NCBI GenBank assembly: GCA_030390025.1
Contig: CM059430.1
Span: 161,820,001-161,884,000, forward strand
DNA from: Squalus acanthias
Taxonomy: Eukaryota
DNA length: 64,000 nucleotides
Direction of reading: 5' to 3'
Below the pieces are notes generated by a model. That model saw only the letters and a list, made by a program, of their open reading frames with translations, was not told the DNA's origin and searched no databases. This document shows positions 12,682-25,469 of this stretch, one piece after another. Position 1 is the stretch's first letter. Each line of letters begins with the position of its first letter. Position numbers and translations under genes: made by a program.

Positions 12682-14023
12682 TAAGAACATAAGAACATAA
12701 GAAATAGGAGCAGGAGTAGGCCAATCGGCCCCTCGAGCCTGCTCCGCCATTCAATAAGATCATGGCTGATCTGATCCTAACCGCCAATCTACTATCTATC
12801 ACAGAACCATCTCCTGCATCTAACAGAATTGCACACACGAAATAGGAGCAGAATCAGGCTACACGGTCCCTGGGCCCGCTCCACTACCCACAGGGCCATG
12901 ACCGATCCGAACCTAGACTCATGTCCAAATTCCTGCCCGCTCCCCGTAACCATTAATGCCCTTTACTTCTAGGAAACTGTCTATTTCTGTTTTAAATTTA
13001 TTTAATGATGTAGCTTCTACAGCTTTTTGTGGCAGCATATTCCATGGACCTACCACCCTCTGAGTGAAGTAGTTCCTCCTCATCTCAGTTTTGAAAGAGC
13101 AGCCCCTTATTCTAAGACTATGTCCCCTAGTTCTAGTCTCACCCGTCATCGTGAACATCCTCCCCGCATCCACCCGATCCAACCCCTTCACAATCTTATA
13201 TGTTTTAATAAGATCGCCTCTCATTCTTCTGAACTCCAATGAGTAGAGTCCCAATCTACCCAACCTCTCCTCATATGACCACCCCCTCATCCCCGGGATT
13301 AACCGAGTGAACCTTTTTTGCACTGCCTCGAGAGCAAGGATGTCTTTCCTTAAGTAAGGACACCAAAACTGTATGCAGTATTCCAGGTGCGGTCTCACCA
13401 ATACCTTGTACAACTGAAGCAATACCTCCCTATTTTTATATTCTATCCCCCTAGCAATGAAAGCCAACATTCCATTTGCCTTCTTAATCACTTGCTGCAC
13501 CTGCATACTAACCTTTTGAGTTTCGTGCACCAGGACCCCCAGATCCCTTTGCACTTCAGTACTCTCCAGTTTCTTGCCATTAAGATAATAAATTGCTCTA
13601 GGATTTTTCCTGCCAAAGTGCATCACCTCACACTTTCCAGTGTTGTATTCCATCTGCCAAATCTCTGCCCACTTACTTAGCCTGTCTATGTCCCCTTGCA
13701 GGTTTTTTATGTCCTCCTCACTCACTACTTTCCCTCCCATCTTTGTATCATCTGCAAATTTTGATATGTTACACTTGGTCCCTTCCTCCAAATCGTTAAT
13801 ATAGATTGTAAAGAGTTGGGGACCCAGCACTGACCCCTGTGGAACACCACTAGTTACTGATTGCCAGTCTGAGAATGAACCATTTATCCCAACTCTTTGC
13901 TTTCTGTTAGATAGCCAATCCTCTATCCATGCCAGAATATTACCCCCAATCCCGTGATTTTTTACCTTAAGCAATATTCTTTTGTGTGGCACCTTGTCAA
14001 ATGCCTTTTGGAAGTCTAAATAC
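12682..14023 (-). mobile_element. CR1 LINE, RT-to-3' portion
   Basis: (AAGAACAT)n tail and an open 357-aa RT C-terminal ORF at 12919-13992. Homology stops at YLDFQKAF. Confidence 0.93.
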
Positions 14024-14505
14024 TTAATTAATTAATTACTCTCACCTGCTCTCCAGCACAGAGCTTGCTTAGTCCTGCCCAAGCCTGGAAGAAACTTAAA
14101 ACAGTAAATTTAAATGCTAATTGCAAGCACACAAGACAAGAATTTGCAAAAATAAAAGATTAACCTTTAAGATTTAAATTCCTGGAGACCCACTATCTGG
14201 ATGAACAAGTGAAGACGATCAAGGAGCTTGGAGATCACATCAGCCACTTGTGGAGACTGAGTTCCCTGCCTTGTAGGCAATGATGTCTTGTGACTTTGTA
14301 CAAAGAGCTGAGATTTGAGCTCTGTAATGTCATTTACTGTAAATAAAATGTTGAAATTTTAAAATAAATAAATAAATCTCCACAATTGCTGCCAAATGCC
14401 AGAACTCACATTGGAGGGTGAGGAGAGAGGTGCTAATAAAAATGTTTTACTCCCTCACTCATCAAACTTGCAGCTTAACACTCAGTTCCGATCTGCACCA
14501 TGTTT
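14024..14505 (-). mobile_element. CR1 5'-UTR-like segment abutting the RT fragment
   Basis: gcagcttaacactcagttccgatctgcaccatg (~14470-14502) matches the CR1 5' UTR at ~12335-12369. The (TTAA)n tract at 14025 resembles the tract upstream of ORF1 at ~4696. Confidence 0.5.
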
Positions 14506-14599
14506 TCTCATCACTCTTTAAGACCACTGCTTGCTAAAAGAAAATATAAATTGTTCGAAAATAATTCATGCATGTGTTAAATATACTTCGTCTGCAAAA

Positions 14600-15480
14600 A
14601 AACCCAGAAAATTAGATTCGCCACCAGCAGTGCCTATTACAACGTTTGAGGCGGGGTCTGTTTCCTCATCACTTAAAATGTGAACGTTTTCCTGGGTGTG
14701 GTGTCACAGTCAGGCATTCAAGTTCCGTTAGCAGGAAGTTGGGCTTGTGCTTCATGCTAAATACAAGTAGAGACAGTTCGCAGCGTGCAGATAATATAGC
14801 GCAAGGCTCCTTTTCATAGCTATCTGCTTACAAGAGCCGTGTAATTGAACCGTTTGTACTGATTTCCATTCTGAATCGCAGCAGAGCGGCGAGAAGCCGA
14901 TGGGCAGAAGGAACATCTAGTTTTTAAACAGAAAGCGGCGATTTGTAGAAGGGGGAAAAAACTGGTCATTTTAGCAACGTTTCAGTTGGAAGTTGAGGGA
15001 ATTTGCAAGAAAACAAAATGCCCAAAACGGTAAGCAGTCGACTAACAAATCTGCATTTGCATGAACGTGATGTGTACTGTCTACCGCCTCCTGTATAATT
15101 GAACGTTTCTTACTTAAAAAGTCAAGTTTATAACCGGAATATGGAGTAACAGTTTTTGGGTTTAAAAAAAAATAAAGTAAGTAGTGCATGCTCTGAGAAT
15201 GTGTGAGCGTTGTTTAATGGTTTTATTGCAAGTTTCTTCTCTCTCCCTCCCCCTCTCTGAAACTATTGAAAGTTGAGTTTCCGCTGCAGCTCGGGCTCCT
15301 GTTAACAGGGTTGAAGTTGTCTGGCCCGCTGCGGGCGCTCAGCCCCGGCCCGCTCCGGTAGGGCGCACCGTGAGTGGCTGGGCTGGCTGCCAATCGCAGG
15401 CTGCCTTTCAAATGGAGCGAGGCGGCGGCGACACTGTTCCTGTTGTAACGGGGTTTCACACTCGCTCAACTCTTTGACAG
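14600..15480 (+). promoter_or_regulatory. CpG-rich promoter/first-exon region of the ERM gene
   Basis: Local CpG/GC enrichment (e.g. 15280-15440) in otherwise CpG-poor DNA. A GC-box-like gaggcggggtc lies at ~14648 and an ETS-like caggaagt at ~14732. The region surrounds the ATG exon. Boundaries are approximate and the TSS was not determined. Confidence 0.65.
15018..15029 (+). CDS. MSN: ERM-family gene (likely moesin), first coding segment M-P-K-T
   Basis: aaaATG CCC AAA ACG is followed by the donor GTAAGC at 15030, inside a CpG-rich region. It joins in phase 0 to the exon at 53815, giving [22 protein letters not shown] is the moesin N-terminus; ezrin and radixin have MPKP. Confidence 0.85.
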
Positions 15481-15716
15481 TTTTGGAAACGAAACTGGCT
15501 CAATTGGTAACGGTTATTAATTTGCATTGGGTCCAGCTCACTGTTACTCATTTAAAATCTTCTCTTTCGTAATTAGTCAAACGTTAAGACAACTGGCTTG
15601 CATTTTTTTGGTTGTATATGTGCTTCTCGCTATTGGGGAGTGCTTAAATATATATTTTTTAAAAGCTCTTAATTACTTTTATATTTGGCTGTTGTCCAAT
15701 TTCTAACGGAACTAAA

Positions 15717-15800
15717 ATGACGCAAAGCTTCCTGCAATGCGTCATGTATGGGATTCTTTCCTAACAGTAGTCTGGTGGGTCATGGAAGAGCCTTATTTGG
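15717..15800. promoter_or_regulatory. Candidate intronic enhancer: inverted ATF/CRE-like sites, ETS core and CArG box
   Basis: ATGACGCA (15717-15724) and its reverse complement TGCGTCAT (15738-15745) flank CTTCCTG. A perfect CArG, CCTTATTTGG, lies at 15791-15800. Motif-only evidence. Confidence 0.4.
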
Positions 15801-16967
15801 CAGTTTAGCTACTCTTCAGCAGTAAGGCCGCAGCTTCAGGACAATGGTCCTGTTTTTATCTGAATTTAACTCTGTTTAATCATTCTGCCCTTTCTTGCAT
15901 CCCCACCCTCGGCGGCAAGTTAGTTTAGTCAAGTTCCGCTTCATTGCAACGGGACAATTTCTCATGAACCACCCACTCAGAATTCAGTGGGGGTTTTTTG
16001 TCCAGTTAAAACTGCCAACGTGGTGTGCGTTTTGTGAACTTTTGAGTTTTCTACTAAATAAGGTCAAGTACGAAAAGCTAATTTGAAGTAATGCAAGCTA
16101 ATCTGGCGTCCTCTGTAATTATAGGTACATACAGTCACCATGATTTCATTGGCAATAAAAGGCCAATGAAAACTCTTCTGGATATTCATGGGTATCTCAA
16201 AAGGAAATGAAAAGCAGTAACTTAAATTTAAAAAAAATTTGAAGTGATTTTGTTCTTTATGGTGTAGGCTTTTAATTTTTTTAAACTTCTGGGTGGTGGC
16301 AAGAAATGTGGGTCGTTACATTCTTGAGAGTTGGCATATCTAATTTGTGTTGGCCACATTTTTAATTCAATTATACATTGAAGTAATGTGTGGGGAAATA
16401 TTGTTTCCCCTGACAATCCTGTATTGGCAACAAAGTTACAGTACAGTGACTCTTTGAGAGTTGGTTAGTGTGAGCCTTCAGCTCTCATGCTCCTACACTC
16501 TAGAATTTATCTCCATCACTGCCCTCTGCTGACGTCATGGATTGCTGCTATAACCCCACATTGTGTTAAGGTCCTTTTTTTTAGTTGATACGTCTCCTCT
16601 TTTACAGGAAATGTGTGTTCTTGTTTCCTCAAGGTGCTGACTCATGTTGGATGCAGTTCCATCGATGATGTCTGGTGCCTCGCCCAAGGGGCCATTCTTG
16701 TGTATGCCTTGGTGTTGTCAGCAGGCACTGGCTAAAATTAGCTAATGTAGCACAAATATAGGATTGAAACTGGCTCTGTACCAGGCCAGGTAGTGCATTT
16801 ACTCAATGAGCCTTCAGAGAAACAAAGTGTATTAATCAAAGTACTCTTGTGAAAATGTTGACTCTTGTGAATAGCCCTCACCATGTGTAATTTTAATTCA
16901 AGTTCACTTCACTTAGAGATTGACTTACTTTTACATTTTTTTAAAGTAATTTCTGAAGGAAAGTCTA

Positions 16968-17795
16968 GGGAGGAAAATTCAGTTGGTAGCGCCTTAAGAG
17001 GGTGCTAATGGGGCGCAAAGCAACTAGCGCCCGGGCGCGGCGATGTTTGTGCCGCTCGTGAAATTAACTAGACATTTTGCGGCGGCGCTAAACACTACCG
17101 CCACGATCTCCTGCGCCGGCAGATCGTGACATCAGTCGAGTGCGCAGCGCCCCGGAGCCTTACCGCCTGCTGCTAGCAACGACGGGTTGAGGGGAGCGTT
17201 TTGCAGTCAGGAAGGGACTTGGGGAGCACTATTTAAAGGTGACCGCTTCCTGCCTTTTTTTGTTGGTGACATTTTTGTACCACTCATTCTGAGAGAGAGA
17301 CTTCTGGAGAAATTCAATGCTGTGTGAAAGAGTTTTGGGTACTGAGCAGCAGGTTCATTTTGATTTGCCCTTGTATCGATTTTAGAAGAGACTGTGGGGT
17401 CTGCACTCTGAGCTCTTTCCCTGGGCGCCTCCATTGTTCTTTCCAGCAGATTTGATGTACAGGTCTCTCCAGGCCGAGATGCAAGGCTGCAATGAGCAGG
17501 ATGTGGATGGCAAGCAAGATCAACCCTCCCCTTGAAGAACTGGCTGGCGCCATTGTGTATGTGTTCTATTGCTGACTGACATCACATGAGCTTCGCCAGC
17601 GCTCTGAGGTAGCGTCTCGCTTCTCGGCCTTTGCGCCTTAAGACAGGTGTGAAGCGCCTGATTTAGCACTCCAATCAGCTCCAGGGGCGATAAAAGTCAA
17701 GTTTGCAGTCGGAGGTGATAATTAGCGCCAGGTGCTAATCTTTGCGCCCGGCTGATAATTGCGCCCCAAATGGGGCGATACTGAATTTCTCTCCC
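16968..17795. mobile_element. Non-autonomous PIF/Harbinger-like DNA element (828 bp)
   Basis: TIRs GGGAGGAAAATTCAGT and ACTGAATTTCTCTCCC (14/16 match), GC-rich subterminal gcgcc/ggcgc repeats, and a palindromic reconstructed target site. Confidence 0.75.
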
Positions 17796-18379
17796 TAGGA
17801 CTTTTAATATAATCAGTCTTGCACTTGCAGCTTTTTAAGACTTGAGTAACTGAGTTGAGGCATCCCAATTCCCTTTTGTCGAATCCCTAAGTGTAGTGTG
17901 GCGATGGGCTGAGAAGATAACTGTTTATTCTCCTGTGTGGGGAAGAGGAGGTAGAGGGAAAATATTCAAATAGGGCTCTTGGTTGCTTAATTGTTTTCAT
18001 CGTAACTATGGGGGAAGAGGGTTTGTATCGATTACTCCCTTCACTTCCACCAGCCTCTCATTATTTTATATATTTTTTTGTTTAAATAGTCTTTTTATTT
18101 GAGTTGGGTAGAGAAAGCTGAATTACTCGCCTGCCCCTGCTCTCTTTCCTCTTCTCACCGCCCCCCCCCTCCCCCAACTTGTGGGGTGGATTCCATATTT
18201 GCCATCTAAGTGCTGAGTTCTTTCTTTAGCTTCTGTGACACACCCAAATGCACAAACTGAGAAGTTGCTGACTTTTTAAAAGATGGTTTGGAAGTTACCC
18301 ATTTTAAACTGCTGAGTAACCCATTTAAGAATTGTTTTCTCCACAATAATTTGTTGTTCCTGAAAGTGTTGGTTCCTTA

Positions 18380-18720
18380 TTGGGTTGCTTTTCCAGAGGT
18401 GCTAGATGCTACACTCCATGTTTAAGCCTAGACACTTGGTGTCAGCAGGCTTTTCAACCATGGGAGGGGGGAGGGAGGAGGAGTCACTAACTGAATCCTG
18501 CTTTGGCCTGATTTCTGTATGTATGCACTTTCTAGCAGATGTTTCTGGGTGATAATTGAGTGGGAACCCTACTATCTTTTCCTCCTCTGGCTCTGGGGTG
18601 CTGAGGCCAATTTAGTGCTCCTGCTTTTGCTGACACCGATCAGCTGATTCAACACACCTGGGGATCAAGCCTGCGAGCTTTATGGTTCAATTACATACTG
18701 CCTTTGCCACCCAAGTTAGC
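18380..18720 (-). mobile_element. Ancient tRNA-derived SINE (AmnSINE2-like), representative copy
   Basis: Shared degenerate motifs (cctagacacttggtgtcagcaggct, ctgaggccaatt, gatcagctga, B-box-like gggatcaagcct) recur at ~7140, 16620, 19370, 20100, 21400, 27820, 47850, 49660, 53200, 53500, 55940 and 57020. The family name is from recall. Confidence 0.5.
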
Positions 18721-21700
18721 TATTGGGGAAAGTTGTGATGAGGTACTTTCTAATGTTTCATAATTCTGAAACAAGTCATGAATATGTAATTGGTACTAGA
18801 GGATCTCCCATGGCATTGCTCACCACAAGATGGAAGCTATGCTGCTTTATAAAGACAGGAGTTTTATATCCTGTAATACACATTTTGTACCCTTTCAGGC
18901 AGACAAGTTGAATTGTGAAGAACAAAAGTTCTAATTGCTTAGTTTATTTAATTTTGTCAGGGAACTTTGTAGATTGTAAAATGTCAGTATCACCCAGCTT
19001 TTTAATGTTTTGCATCTGTAATGTAGTGTGGCATCATATATTCTAGATACATGTGTTTGGCATTTAGATATCACATTTGTGGTGCTGGCAGCAGAGGAAA
19101 TATTTTCCAAATATTCCACTGAAGCCATATTAAAATTGCTTGCTGATATCCCCAGTGGCTTTCCTCACTCTGATTAGCTTTCTGTTTTTAATAAGTGTTG
19201 TATGGGTGATACTGTGCTTTGCTGTGAAAGACCTTTGTTTCAAAAATGATTCCTATGTGTCAGCCTGCCAGCATTGATCATGAAGATGAAGTATTTTTGC
19301 AAGGAGGAATAGAATATCTCTATCTTGAGGAGTATATTTTGTCACCACTCGCCTTGTTTGACTTCTAATGGGATACAGTTCGCACGTTGGATGCTTCCTG
19401 GTTCCTTGCCCTCATTTTCCTTCCTCCACCCTGGTGAATCTTGAGGGTAAATGTCTATTTGCTGGTGGGTGTTGTAACTGGCCCTGATCTTTCATAAAAC
19501 CAGCACCCACGCTTGCCCAGTAGGAGTCACCAGGTAGTAATCAAGAGCAGGAACACTGATTGATTGACCTCTGCTCCCCTGACCTATGATCGGAAAGTCT
19601 ATTGGCCAAAATGCTACACTGGCTGACATCAACTAAGTCAGTACAGAGCAGGAATCCACTCTTGAGGCTATCTGGTTTGTATGGTTCAGTGCTATACCAG
19701 GGGATTTGATAGAATGCTGGTCTAACTATTATAATTTATTTCTTTGAGCACCAATGGTAGTTATGAGTGATTTAAAAAGTTTCTATGTTGCTTATTCACT
19801 TTTATAGTGGGGCTCGGTTGGAAACCAATGCATTTCAGATGCCAGATGAAGGGCTGGAGTTTTCTGAAGTGGCCCTGAATGATATAGTATTACAAGTAAA
19901 CAAATTGCTTTAAGAACAAATAAGACATTGCTGGCAGTCTTGGACAGCATGCACATACTAAAGTATTTGTGGTCAGGGTACACAATTCAGTCACTGAGGA
20001 TAGCTTTGGGAATTGTACTATCCTTTTTAGTTTTAACCTAACTGCACTGGTACAGATCTCTGTGCGCTGGTCACATTCCCATACCTTTTGTGGGTAGCGA
20101 CTCCATGTGTAAACCTTGATATACTGTGGGAGCCCATCCCAGTGAAGACCAACTTTATTCTCAACTGATATCCAAACAGTGGTTTATTTTACAGCAGCAA
20201 CCAAGTCACTGGATAGCAATTGGGAGTGGGGACTCTAGGTGTTTGGTTTTTTCTTCTTCTCTTCACACCCCCATGACCTGTGTGTCTGATGAGATGATGT
20301 GATATAACTTCCTATGCTGGCCTTCCTAAGTGACACATCAGGAGCACTGAAGATAGAATGGTACTGTTGAATTGTTGGCCATTAACTTTGTACTTATTTC
20401 CCCCCCCCCCCCCCCCCCCAATTCTTCCTTCTGCATCACTCCTGAAAATTGGTTTAAGGCTAAGGTAGCCCAGCTCATGGACAACTTTACACATCCAGTC
20501 ACTGGCACACCTTGTGTTGCCACTCAGAAGCATATTTAGTGTGGGAAGGTATTTTCTTCAGTAGGCTTGACCAGGACTAGCAAACCCCACCTGCTGTAGA
20601 CAGCATCGTTTAGTTCCCAGTTGCAGTTCTGATGATCTCTCTGTCCTATATATTGAGAACAACCCACATCAGCCAAGGCTGTGGCAATACTGTTAGGCTT
20701 TTCTTGCTTTGGTGCCCAATTACACTTGAACTACACAACCACTGCTGGAAAAAGCACTTCTGTTTGTGGAATTTGCTGCTCTTTAAGAACAACTAAAGGG
20801 AGAGTCTTTCATAACATTCTCTTCATTTTGCCTTGTGGTCTATCAAACTTATTACGTGTGATTTATAGTGGATAGTTTACCAGAGAACTGTATCCCAGCA
20901 AAGGGTTCTTCAGAGCTGTGGAGAAAAATTTCCTTTTTTTTAGTAGAAACAAAAAAATTATATGCAAAGGTTCAAAAATTCAGATGTTAAATAACTCCTT
21001 CGATTTGGGTTAATCCTGGAAGAATACAATTTTTATAAAAACACTTTCAAACTGGTCTTTAAAAGTTCTTCGCTTCAGTCTATTTCTCCACGAGTTGCTA
21101 TTACTAGTTTATTATTTTATTGTTGAGCCTTTTTCTTGCAGTCTTTTTCATGTTTGCCCATATGGGCTTAAAAGATTAAGTCAATTAATTGAGCTACTTG
21201 GTATGAAACTTCCAAAACCTAAAGTCATTAACTTTCAGTCTGTTGACAGGCTCTTTGATTTAAATTGGCACAGAGCATGAAATTACATCATCTGCAGACA
21301 TGCTTTTTTTTAAAGCTGCTTTTATATGGAGTTTAGTTGGGTGCTAGAGCAGCTGACTTCACGTCTTGTGTAGCTGGTGGTACCCCCAAAGTAAACTTCC
21401 ATTTACTGAGGCTAGTACCTGGGGAAACAAAGTAAAAACATTTGTCTTTATTGGGTGGTCTTGGTGGGTGACTTTGCTGACAAGTAAATTTAATTTCGGG
21501 GCTCCACCAGCTATGAGACTCGCATGTCAGGAGCCAGTAGTCCTTGTGCCCCTCTAACTCCAAACAAAAGTAGCTTTTAAATATCACTCTATACTAGTAG
21601 AATGGATAACATTGAGAATCTTGATTTTTATTTTATTTTTTTTCCTTCCCTTCCCCCCTCCAAAAAAAAACCCCCACCCAGGGTTACTGAGGCTAATTGT

Positions 21701-22949
21701 AACGTCCGTACCATCACACCTGCTGAGATCAACTAACCTTGTACATCATGGATTAAGCATGGGTCCTTCCTAGTCAGCAAGGTTCAACTGCTGACTAGAT
21801 CAACTTGCTGAGGCATCTGGAAAGCTTGCACTCGGCATTAATGGAAAACAAATCTTTTTTCATTGTGTAAATTCAGCTTTGTGTTGGCTCAAACAAACTG
21901 TTTTTTCTTTTGAATGGCATGCTTAATAGAAACCTGCCTTTAATTTGAGTTCTATCATGCATTTGTAGGGGTTGCAGAGACTTAAGTGACTAAAGTTTGT
22001 TGGTATGCTGGGATTCTTGGTACTGGAGAAAATTAATAAGCAGAGTTAAAAAGCTTTGCCAACTGGATAAAGAAAGCAGTGGGTGGCAGTGAGTTCTTAA
22101 CCAGCTAAAATTCTGGAGTATGGTAGCCTCCGAGAGGCAAAAAGGCTACTACTTTGAAACTTGTGGTTTGGCAACAACTTATAGTAAAAGTATCTGTCAA
22201 AATGGTGAATGCAAATGATAGATTACACCTTATATTAAAAAAAATCATTATGGTATGTAATTGCTAACTTTTCAATTGTGCTGATGATTTGACCTTGAAC
22301 AAATGAGGCACACTTGATGGGACAAAGCAGTGGATGCGTTTACTCTGCATCCAATGATGCTATATCTTGCCTCAGTTCCTGATGTGACGAAGTGTTCTAA
22401 AGTGTCCCATTCCACAGCACAAACCTTCTCAAATCAAACCTCCCATTTAAGGAAGGTCAAACAGTAAGAATGTGACATTCACCCAGCCCCTGACCACTTG
22501 TATGCCTTGCAGCTTTCAAAATATGAAACTCTGGGAGATCAGCAAACTGCTTCAGGATGATGTCACTAAGTTGCAGCATATTTGTCAAAGACTCTCCATT
22601 TATTCCATACTAAATAAGTCTTCTGATCTATCTCTCTGGGATAGTTCCTGCTATTTTCTCTTTTCAACAAGGCATTATTGATTTTTTTAAACTTGGATTA
22701 ATCTGCACTCAACGTGGTGACCATATGGAACAAAGATGCAAGGAGGTAGAGAGTGCCAGCAAATTCAAAATGGAGCTAGTAGGTTGTTGGAGATTTGAAG
22801 TGTTGGAAGTGGCTCAGAAGAGCCATGAGACTGAATCCTAAGTGTCGGGGACTGAATTATGAGTAAAGACTCCAGCCGAGCAGTGTTGGAATATCCCAAA
22901 TCTGCACAGAACTAATGAATTATTTTTGAAATTTGATCATTACATAGGC

Positions 22950-23280
22950 AAATGTGGCAGCCAATTTGCACACAGCAAGGTCCCAAAAGTACTAATGAGA
23001 CAAATGACCAGTTAATCTGTTTTATTGTTGGTTGCAGGATAAATTTTGGTTCGGACAATACTGCCCCCACCATTCTTTAAAATGTACCATGGAATCTTTT
23101 ATATCCATCTGAACAGGTGGATAGGGCCTTGGTTTAATGTCTCATCTGAAAGGCAGTGCTGTATTCCCTCAGTTGTGCATTGAAGTGTCAGTCTAGATTT
23201 TGTGCTCAAGGCCTGGAGTGGGGCTTGAACCCATTCCCTCCTAACTCTGAGATGAGTGCTACTGCTGAAACAAGATGACA
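22950..23280 (-). mobile_element. DeuSINE (SacSINE1-like), degenerate
   Basis: Matches the 50567-50940 copy (ggcagccaatttgcacacagcaag; ttggtttaatgtctcatc) and has a tRNA-like end ggcttgaaccca. Confidence 0.75.
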
Positions 23281-23459
23281 CTAGTGATCTTGAAAGATCG
23301 TGAAGTGTATCTTTTTTTTTTATATTTAAAAGGCTAATCCAGAAGATTAAACTAAATCTTTGTAGTAGTAAAAGGCAGAGCAAATTGGGGACTGGGATTG
23401 GACTAGGTGAAGAAAAACACTGGTGCAGACTTGATGGACTGAATAACATAATTGAATTG

Positions 23460-23720
23460 CATAAAAATTACAAGAGGGAATGTGTATTTTGGCCCAACCA
23501 GTCAATGTTAATGTTCATCCTCCACACAAGCAGTCATCCTAGTCTCGTGTCTGCCTGTTCTATATCTTTTTTCCTTCAGTTACCTATTAAATGTTGATCT
23601 TGTTTCTGCTTCATCACTAACTCTAGTGCATTCCACAGCCTCAAAGCCCTCCTTTTATCATTTTCTCCTGTTTGTCCTAAATCTCTTGCATTTAATCTTG
23701 TATTTATGTTCCCTCATTCA
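23460..23720 (-). mobile_element. Old CR1 3' fragment
   Basis: ttggcccaaccagtc...cattccacagcctc...ttaatcttgtatttatgttcc resembles the CR1 3' ends at ~58810 and ~61100. Confidence 0.55.
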
Positions 23721-25469
23721 AATTGGTAACTAGGTGGGCTTGTATCTGACCTCTGCTTTGCTGTCCATGTATTTGATGGTAGGGCAGAAATTATATTTGC
23801 AAACCAAGCAGCTTTTGTTTTTATTTTGTTGCAAAAATGTATGCATTGCTTAGTTCAGAAAGCTTGCCTACAATGTAAGCAGCAGGTGCTGAGAGATCAT
23901 GATGTATGAAATGTTTTGTTATTTGGATAATTTCACTTGTTGGTCACCCAAGCTTCTACCAAAGTTTTTCGGTCCTTTCTCTGAATATTAAGATTTGTAT
24001 TTCTGAGAAAGGTGGAAGTGCCCATGATGTAGGACACCACGAAGCTTAAAGAATAGAAGATAATGTAAATCAGAAATTAGTGATTCGATTACTGCAAATT
24101 AGTTTGTAGCTTGTGCAAGGGAGGCAAAGAATTCCATAATTGAGTCCTGTGGGGGGGGGGGGAATGAATTAAAGTAGGAAAATTGTGTAGTGAGTATTTA
24201 GTTTTAAAATGGCGATGTTGGGTGAAAGATTTTTTTGAAGCTGTGTTTTTTTTTGAGGGGCAGGAGATCGAGATGAAGAATTCTATGTATCCATTCTTAT
24301 TCAATAACCAGTTACAATGCTTTTGGTGCATAATACCACAGATTTTCACCAGTGATACATTGTAAAAATATATATTCAGGTCTAGTAATGAGAATTTCAA
24401 ACAATTGCTGTTCCACTTGACTGACGGAAGTAAAATCTTATTAACTTGGCTGCTTTTAATGGGGCACATGCAAATGCTGACAAAATTCTCGGGTGGGGGG
24501 GGAGGGGAAATAACATCCTAACTTCCAAAAGATGGTGTCAGCTGCTTAAAGGAAAACAATGCTATTGTTGCAGAAAACATTTGGTTATACCAGGAATAAC
24601 ATCTCGGTAATAGAATATATTTAGAACTCTGCCGCAAGAGTCCAGGGACCCTTTGTAACCAATACTGTGACAAGTAACCTGTTTTGCACTGAGCGAGTCC
24701 CAGATAGTTAATTGTAGATTAACACTTCATTTACTTAGCTGAACAAATATAATTGCCAAAATCTTGCAACATCTCAAATGTACTTTACTAATTCCTATTA
24801 CTAAAGTGCAATATATGAAGCATTTTTAATAAAGTTTGGTTTGGGGGCAGATTCTTGACAATGGTGTAGATTTTCTTGCTGAGAAGTGATGTCATCTCTT
24901 AGAACCACAATTGCTACAGAATGTTTGGTGACATGTAACACTGGCCTTTCTGTGCTGCCTCTGAGCAAGTTCAAGCCCTTTGAAACAAGCTTTACCACCG
25001 CTTTCCTCTCCCTCTAAACTACAGCAATGGTGGGATGTACCTGCAGAATAACAACTTGCATTTATGTAACAGCTTTTTTTAATGTGATAAATGTTCCAAG
25101 GTGCTTAATTAAAATACTTGGTTTAAATCTGCTGCAAACAGTATTAGATGAGCTGGCAACATTGTTTAGTCCAATTTAAAGTCTGAGGTTTTAAAGCTTT
25201 GTACAAAATCTATCGAGCACTGAATGGAAGTGATTACTAATTACCTTGCCTTCTCTCATTGGTGTCCTTCATCTTAGTTCTTAAGAGCCAAGGATTTTGT
25301 TAACGAAACTGAAAAGGGATGTATTTTTTAAACATTGTTCTTGTCTTGTTTTTTCCGCTAATGCTGTAGAATTGGAATGGGGGCCGAAAGCTGATGCAGA
25401 TGCTAGAAAATTAGTTTGTTTTAAAAACGAATATATTTTAATAGAACTGTTCGCAACCTCCTGTTTTAT

